Part shown: one piece after another, positions 59,094-64,000 of the stretch
Layout: each line of letters begins with the position of its first letter
Position numbering within the stretch: position 1 is the stretch's first letter
The notes under the pieces: generated by a model
Told to the model about the DNA's origin: nothing
Seen by the model: only the letters and a program-made list of their open reading frames with translations
Database searches by the model: none
Assembly: GCA_963729625.1 (NCBI GenBank)
Contig: CAVSOU010000011.1
Span: 832,001 to 896,000 of the forward strand
Direction of reading: 5' to 3'
DNA from: an uncultured bacterium
GTDB taxonomy: Bacteria; Chloroflexota; UBA5177; JANWHV01
DNA length: 64,000 bases
Translations under genes and position numbers: made by a program

Positions 59094-60125
59094 ATGGATA
59101 GCCCACGGGCGACCATCAAGGCTGTAGGCGTTGGCGGCGGCGGGTGCAATGCGATTAACTGGGCGGTCAATCAACGCGTCCAGGGGCTGGAGTCGATCGC
59201 CGTCAATACGGATAACCAGGCTCTGCTTAATGCGCAGGCCGCGATCAAGATTCGCATCGGCGACAAGGTGACCAAGGGCCTTGGATGTGGCGGCGATCCG
59301 GAGGTGGGCCAGCGCGCCGCCGAGGAATCGCACGACGATCTGCAAGCCGTCCTGGAGGGCGCGGACATCGTTTTCATCGCCGCGGGTATGGGTGGCGGTA
59401 CCGGCACCGGCGCGGCGCCCGTGATCGCGCAGATCGCGCGGGATACCGGCGCCCTCACCATCAGCATCGTCACGAAGCCGTTCGTCTTTGAAGGCACCAG
59501 GCGGCGGCAGATCGCGGAAACCGGCGTCGTCGCGCTCAAGGCGTGCTCGGACACACTGATCACTATTCCGAACGATCGGCTCCTCGGGCTCACCGACAAG
59601 AAGATGACCATGCGTATGGCCTTTGCCCTGGCAGACGACGTCTTGCGCGCCGGCATCCAGGGGATTTCGGACACGATCACCCTGCCGGGCCTGATCAATC
59701 TTGATCTGGCCGATATCAGGAGCGTCATGGCCAACGCGGGCACCGCTTTCATGGCCGTCGGTCGCGCCGCCGGTGACGAGCGGGCCACAAACGCGGCGCG
59801 CCAGGCCATCAGAAGCCCCCTCCTGGAAGTCTCGCTCGAGGGCGCCCGCTCCATACTGCTGAATATCACCGGGAGTGACTACACGCTCTTCGAGGTGAAC
59901 GAAGTAGCCGACATCATTCAGAAGACCGCCGACCCCGAAGCCGATGTCGTGTTCGGCGCCGTCCTCGACGAGGCTATGAAGGGCGAACTCCAGGTGACCC
60001 TGATCGCTACGTACCTCCAGGATCCAACGCTCCGGCTAGATGGCGGAGCCGATGCCGGGACGCCGGGCCTTCGCGCCGGCCAGCTACGATCTTCCGGCTA
60101 CGCTGGACCCCCTCGTATGCCGTAG
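59094..60125 (+). CDS. ftsZ: FtsZ paralogue (outside a dcw cluster)
   Basis: IKAVGVGGGGCNA, NTD, GMGGGTGTGAAPV tubulin signature, PFVFEG and INLDLAD T7 loop; no DIPxFL C-terminal peptide in frame. Confidence 0.93.
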   Translation: MDSPRATIKAVGVGGGGCNAINWAVNQRVQGLESIAVNTDNQALLNAQAAIKIRIGDKVTKGLGCGGDPEVGQRAAEESHDDLQAVLEGADIVFIAAGMGGGTGTGAAPVIAQIARDTGALTISIVTKPFVFEGTRRRQIAETGVVALKACSDTLITIPNDRLLGLTDKKMTMRMAFALADDVLRAGIQGISDTITLPGLINLDLADIRSVMANAGTAFMAVGRAAGDERATNAARQAIRSPLLEVSLEGARSILLNITGSDYTLFEVNEVADIIQKTADPEADVVFGAVLDEAMKGELQVTLIATYLQDPTLRLDGGADAGTPGLRAGQLRSSGYAGPPRMP

Positions 60126-60233
60126 CCGCCGGCAGACCCGGCCTTGGAGTAACAGGCAGGTGGAGCCTAAACCGCGCCGCGGGTACGATCGACGTTGTAT
60201 GCACTGGTGGCAAGCGCGGAAGGAGTCGGCGAA

Positions 60234-61001
60234 GTGAGCCTGCACGGCAAAGTGGCGATTGTAACGGGCGGTAATAGCGGCATCGGTGCGGCGATCGTGT
60301 TGGCGCTGGCGAAGCGGGGCGCCAACCTCGTCATAGACTATGTCTCGCACCCGGAGGCCGAGGCGGAGCTGGAGCGGCAGGTGGCGGCGCTCGGAGATAA
60401 GGTGACCGGGGTCGAAGCCGACGTGAGCAAGGTCGCCGATCTGCAGAGACTCGTCGACACGGCGGTCGAGCACTGTGGCCGCCTCGACATCATGGTCAAT
60501 AACGCCGGAATAGAGACGCGCACCTCCGTGCTCGACACGACCGAGGCGCAATACGAGCTCGTGCTGTCCGTCAACCTGAAGAGTGCGTTCTTCGGCACGC
60601 AGCTGGCTGCCAAACAGATGATCAAGCAGGGAAGCGGCGGCCGTATCGTCAACATCTCATCGGTCCACGAGGACTGGCCCATGCCTGGCAACGCGCCGTA
60701 CTGTCTCTCAAAAGGCGGCATGCGCATGCTGACGCGCACGGCGGGCGACGAGCTTGCCAGGCATGGTATCCAGGTCATCGGCGTTGGCCCCGGCGCCGTG
60801 GCGACCCCGATCAACAGCCAGACGCTCCAAGACCCTTCCGCCCTCAGCAAACTCAACGCCGCTATTCCGTTGGGTCGTATGGCGCGTCCGGAAGAAATCG
60901 CCGACGTCGTCGCCTATCTGTGCGACGAGGGTGCGAGCTACATAACCGCCACGACATTGTTCGTGGATGGCGGCCTGATGCAGAGCAGTCCCGGTCTGTA
61001 G
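60234..61001 (+). CDS. SDR family oxidoreductase (glucose 1-dehydrogenase-like)
   Basis: TGGNSGIG, NNAG, ISSVHE, YCLSK and VDGG; GGAAGGAG RBS before GTG. Confidence 0.94.
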   Translation: MSLHGKVAIVTGGNSGIGAAIVLALAKRGANLVIDYVSHPEAEAELERQVAALGDKVTGVEADVSKVADLQRLVDTAVEHCGRLDIMVNNAGIETRTSVLDTTEAQYELVLSVNLKSAFFGTQLAAKQMIKQGSGGRIVNISSVHEDWPMPGNAPYCLSKGGMRMLTRTAGDELARHGIQVIGVGPGAVATPINSQTLQDPSALSKLNAAIPLGRMARPEEIADVVAYLCDEGASYITATTLFVDGGLMQSSPGL

Positions 61002-61034
61002 CCCGCTGCTCGCGTTCCAGCAACGCGCCGCAAT

Positions 61035-61063
61035 GAAAAGCCCGGAAGCAGTGCTTCCGGGCT
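61035..61063 (-). terminator. Intrinsic terminator between the convergent SDR and nitroreductase genes
   Basis: AGCCCGGAAGC-AGT-GCTTCCGGGCT perfect stem ending in a short T run on the minus strand. Confidence 0.7.
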
Positions 61064-61274
61064 ACGTATTGTCTGCATCGACGGCTGTGATGATACAAGA
61101 ATGAAAATGTATGATAGTGTCGCCGCGATGCGCCAATGGCGAGGCGCGTACTCTGCGCCAGCCCCATGAGTGTAGTCCCTGCGAGATGAACGCGACATGA
61201 CGCTCGGGGCGGCGCCAGTGGCCGTTGCCTGATGGAGGGCCGCAGGCGCGAGCGGAAGAGCCGCGCGCGGCATT

Positions 61275-61781
61275 CTATACGAAGGGCTGCCCGAGCCGCT
61301 CCCTGAAAGCTACTTCCGCCAATGGCTTCCGATTCTTCTTGCCCCGTCCAATTGCATCGAGCGGGTAGCCAAACGGGACGATCGCCAGGATCTCCAGGTC
61401 GTCTGGAATGCCAAGCAGCGAGTTGACACGCTCGAGCCCGGAGAAGCCGACCCAATTTGAGCCAACCCCTTCGGACCACGCGGTGAGCATCATGGATTGG
61501 ATAGCCCGGCTGGCATCGGATACGGCGTACGGCGTCTTCTCGATTGCCACGGCGATGGCGAGCGCCGCCTGCGCGATATATGGACCTGTCTTTGCCAGGC
61601 CTCCAAGCTGACGCAGCGTATCGCGGTCCTGTACCACGATGAAACGCCACGGCTGCTGGTTCATCGAGCTTGCCGACACGTGAGCGGCTTCGACGATCTT
61701 CATCACCACCTCTTCGGGCACGGGCTTGTCAAGGTAGCGCCGCACAGCCAGCATGGTTCGAACAGCATCAAAGGTATCCAT
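61275..61781 (-). CDS. Nitroreductase family protein
   Basis: AVRRYLDKPVP, SASSMNQQPWRFIVV, GVGSNWV, FGYP and RKPL. Confidence 0.93.
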   Translation of the reverse strand: MDTFDAVRTMLAVRRYLDKPVPEEVVMKIVEAAHVSASSMNQQPWRFIVVQDRDTLRQLGGLAKTGPYIAQAALAIAVAIEKTPYAVSDASRAIQSMMLTAWSEGVGSNWVGFSGLERVNSLLGIPDDLEILAIVPFGYPLDAIGRGKKNRKPLAEVAFRERLGQPFV

Positions 61782-61947
61782 TTCACGAGTTTCCTTTCTC
61801 CAAATACTGCTGCATTTTCTCGCCGAGCCCGCTGCTTCGCACTGGTGGCGCCCCGGCTCGGGTACCATACTTAATACTACATTCGTGCCGCGGCGATCGA
61901 CTCATCCGGCCGGCCGCGTGCCTTGAGACATAATGAGGGTAGGCGCA

Positions 61948-62211
61948 ATGCAAAAGTGGGAGTACTGTCACATCGACACCTTCCGGAGTCCAAAAGTGGC
62001 CCGGTTCGCGGACGCGACAGGCGTGCGCGAGGAGACCTTCGCGCCGGGCATCGAGGGCACCCTCGCGTACTTCGCAAATCTCGGTCTTCAGGGCTGGGAG
62101 TTGGTAGGCGTGGAAGTGCGCGTCGAATCGCGTCAGGCCGAGGCGGGGTCTCTTGATCCAAACAACGTTCGCAGCCAGCCGGTCTATTGGTTCAAGCGGC
62201 CACTGGACTGA
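61948..62211 (+). CDS. DUF4177-like small protein
   Basis: MQKWEY...LGLQGWELV...YWFKRP pattern. Confidence 0.75.
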   Translation: MQKWEYCHIDTFRSPKVARFADATGVREETFAPGIEGTLAYFANLGLQGWELVGVEVRVESRQAEAGSLDPNNVRSQPVYWFKRPLD

Positions 62212-62295
62212 GTCTCGAACAGGGATTCCGTTCGCTTACCCCGTCGGGTCCTTCCAAGCTTCCAAGCCCAAGCTCTAACCGTCGATGCCGCGATG

Positions 62296-62304
62296 TGCTA
62301 TAGT
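62296..62304 (+). promoter_or_regulatory. Extended -10 promoter element of the cold-shock gene
   Basis: TGcTATAGT about 90 nt upstream of the GTG start. Confidence 0.5.
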
Positions 62305-62391
62305 TAGTTGTCAGCACAGGAGCCTCTAGATCGAGTTGGCGTTCAACCAATCCTCTCACCGATCCTCCTCACATGGCAGAAAGAGAACACA

Positions 62392-62604
62392 GTGGCACAG
62401 GGAACTATTGCACGCGTTACCGACCGGGGTTTTGGCTTTATCCAGCAGGAACAGGGCGGAGAAGACCTCTTCTTCCACTCGTCAGCTCTGGTAGGCGTCA
62501 CGTTCGACGAATTGCAGCGCAATGACGTTGTTCAGTATGACACGGAGCCGGATACGCGAGGTCGTGGAAGTCGCGCTGTGAACGTTCAGAAGGTTCGTCG
62601 CTAA
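62392..62604 (+). CDS. cspA: Cold-shock domain protein
   Basis: RGFGFI (RNP1), LFFHSS (RNP2) and RAVNV; 70 aa. The symbol indicates family only. Confidence 0.93.
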   Translation: MAQGTIARVTDRGFGFIQQEQGGEDLFFHSSALVGVTFDELQRNDVVQYDTEPDTRGRGSRAVNVQKVRR

Positions 62605-62650
62605 CCCGCGCCGCGTTCCTCTTGGGCATGACAAAGCGCGCGTAGACCCA

Positions 62651-62685
62651 GAGAGAAGGTAGTTCACAGATAGCTACCTTCTCTC
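62651..62685 (+). terminator. Strong stem-loop downstream of csp
   Basis: GAGAGAAGGTAGTT-CACAGAT-AGCTACCTTCTCTC, a 14-bp stem with one G-U pair; no clear U tract. Confidence 0.55.
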
Positions 62686-62845
62686 GCTGATCCGGTTGAC
62701 CACAGATTGCTCGTGCAGCAGAGAAGCTGATGGCGCAGTGGTGAACATGGGCATATCGAGCTAGCCTCACTCCGTGCACGAGGTGTCTGAACGGGCCCAA
62801 CGGCAGTCGTGCAGGGGGCCAGGGACGCACGGGAGGAGAGCCACC

Positions 62846-63259
62846 ATGTCCCGCGATCAAGAGCCACTGGAACGCGACGCGCGGCTCACGGAGAACAGCA
62901 TGATGGATTCTATCCTCTATGATGGTGTGGATCCAATGGCCACGCGGCGAGCGCACATGAGAGACGTGACGATGGCGCGCCAGGCGGCTGAGCGTCGCTT
63001 TGCACAGCGTGGGCCCGCCGAGAAACAAGACAGACCAGCACGGCTCACCGCCGCGAAGGAGCGCGCGGCAGCGCTCAGGCTAGAGCTGGAACGTATCAAC
63101 GTTGCCAACCGGCAGTGGCAGATCGAGCATGGCGAGGCTGTCCTCGATCTCCCCGATCGAGGACATCGGAAGATCTCAGTCGAGGAACAGCGCCACGCAC
63201 CGACCGGCGAGTTTACGCTTGATCAGATGAGCGAGTCTCCTGCATCTGTCGATCCATAA
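62846..63259 (+). CDS. Hypothetical coiled-coil protein
   Basis: GGAGGAG RBS; charged helical sequence; 3' end overlaps the ackA 3' end by 47 nt. Confidence 0.6.
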   Translation: MSRDQEPLERDARLTENSMMDSILYDGVDPMATRRAHMRDVTMARQAAERRFAQRGPAEKQDRPARLTAAKERAAALRLELERINVANRQWQIEHGEAVLDLPDRGHRKISVEEQRHAPTGEFTLDQMSESPASVDP

Positions 63260-64000
63260 AGATCTTGACTCCGCGCAGCACGCTGAGATCCTCTCGGGAC
63301 CGCACGACCGCCACCTGAACCGTGGCGCCCTGATCGCCGATTGCGCGGTCCCCTGCGCCATGCAGGTTGGCATTCTCGTCCAGGGAAACGCCGAGGTAGC
63401 TGAGCCCATCCGCGATATCCCGGCGAACGAGCGCCTGATGCTCGCCGACACCACCCGTGAATGTCAGGGCGTCAATGCCCTCCAGCGCGGCGACCAAGCC
63501 GCCGGTCACACGCGTTACGCTGTGGATGAACATCTCGTAGGCGAGCCGCGCGTGAGCATTGCCGCGCGCAGCCTGGTCCATCACGTCGCGAATGTCGCTA
63601 GACACCCCTGAAACGCCGAGTATGCCCGATCGGTGCTCGAGCGTGTCGTAGAAATACTCGACCTCGATTCCGTGGCGCACGAGAAACAGAAGCGTGCCGG
63701 GGTCAATGGCGCCCGATCGCGTGGCCATGATCACTCCGTCGAGCGGCGTGAAGCCCATGCTCGTATCGATCGACTCGCCGTCGAGCACGGCAGTAGCGGA
63801 ACAGCCGACGCCGAGGTGACACACGATGTGGCGGTGGGGAACGATGCCGAGCAACGCGGCGGTCCGCCGTACCGCATGCTCCACGCTCAGACCATGAAAG
63901 CCGAGCCGGCGTATGCCCCAGCGCTCGGTCCACTCGCGCGGAATGGCATAGACAGCGGCTCGATCAGGAATGGTGCGATGGAATGTGCTGTCGAAGGCAG
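63213..64000 (-). CDS. ackA: Acetate/propionate kinase, C-terminal part (5' end outside the window)
   Basis: FDSTFH, GFHGLS, CHLGVGCS, DTSMGFTPLDG, TRSGAIDP and FTGGVGE. Confidence 0.95.
   Translation of the reverse strand, partial: AFDSTFHRTIPDRAAVYAIPREWTERWGIRRLGFHGLSVEHAVRRTAALLGIVPHRHIVCHLGVGCSATAVLDGESIDTSMGFTPLDGVIMATRSGAIDPGTLLFLVRHGIEVEYFYDTLEHRSGILGVSGVSSDIRDVMDQAARGNAHARLAYEMFIHSVTRVTGGLVAALEGIDALTFTGGVGEHQALVRRDIADGLSYLGVSLDENANLHGAGDRAIGDQGATVQVAVVRSREDLSVLRGVKIFMDRQMQETRSSDQA

Noticed and set aside
63213-63259. 47-nt convergent overlap between ackA and the hypothetical gene read as antisense regulation
   Set aside because: Short 3' overlaps are common in GC-rich genomes and there is no further evidence.

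Overview
High-GC bacterial window with no rRNA, tRNA or CRISPR array visible. Gene content suggests a monoderm soil lineage, possibly Chloroflexota (inference only). From left to right: a truncated membrane protein and an amidase; a sugar-utilisation cluster (L-fucose/L-arabinose-type isomerase, rhamnulokinase-like kinase, ABC binding protein plus two permeases, and two divergent URO-D/MtaA-fold enzymes); an MFS-MarR pair; a partly decayed Cys-bracketed BNR-repeat secreted protein; two tandem GT39/YkcB-like glycosyltransferases behind a 4x 11-bp OmpR-type box; fabF; pruA; and a translationally coupled DUF488-DUF488-(dual-OB/TPR/RecQ fusion) operon, which is the best candidate for an undescribed DNA-repair or defence system. 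After that come a zone of about 7 kb of gene decay (DedA frameshift, head-to-head truncated MFS and RHS genes, internally deleted SGNH domain, ISAzo13 remnant), a FecR/beta-helix secreted protein, an orphan FtsZ paralogue lacking the usual C-terminal peptide, and csp and ackA at the right edge. All family calls come from reading motifs by eye; no database search was run.
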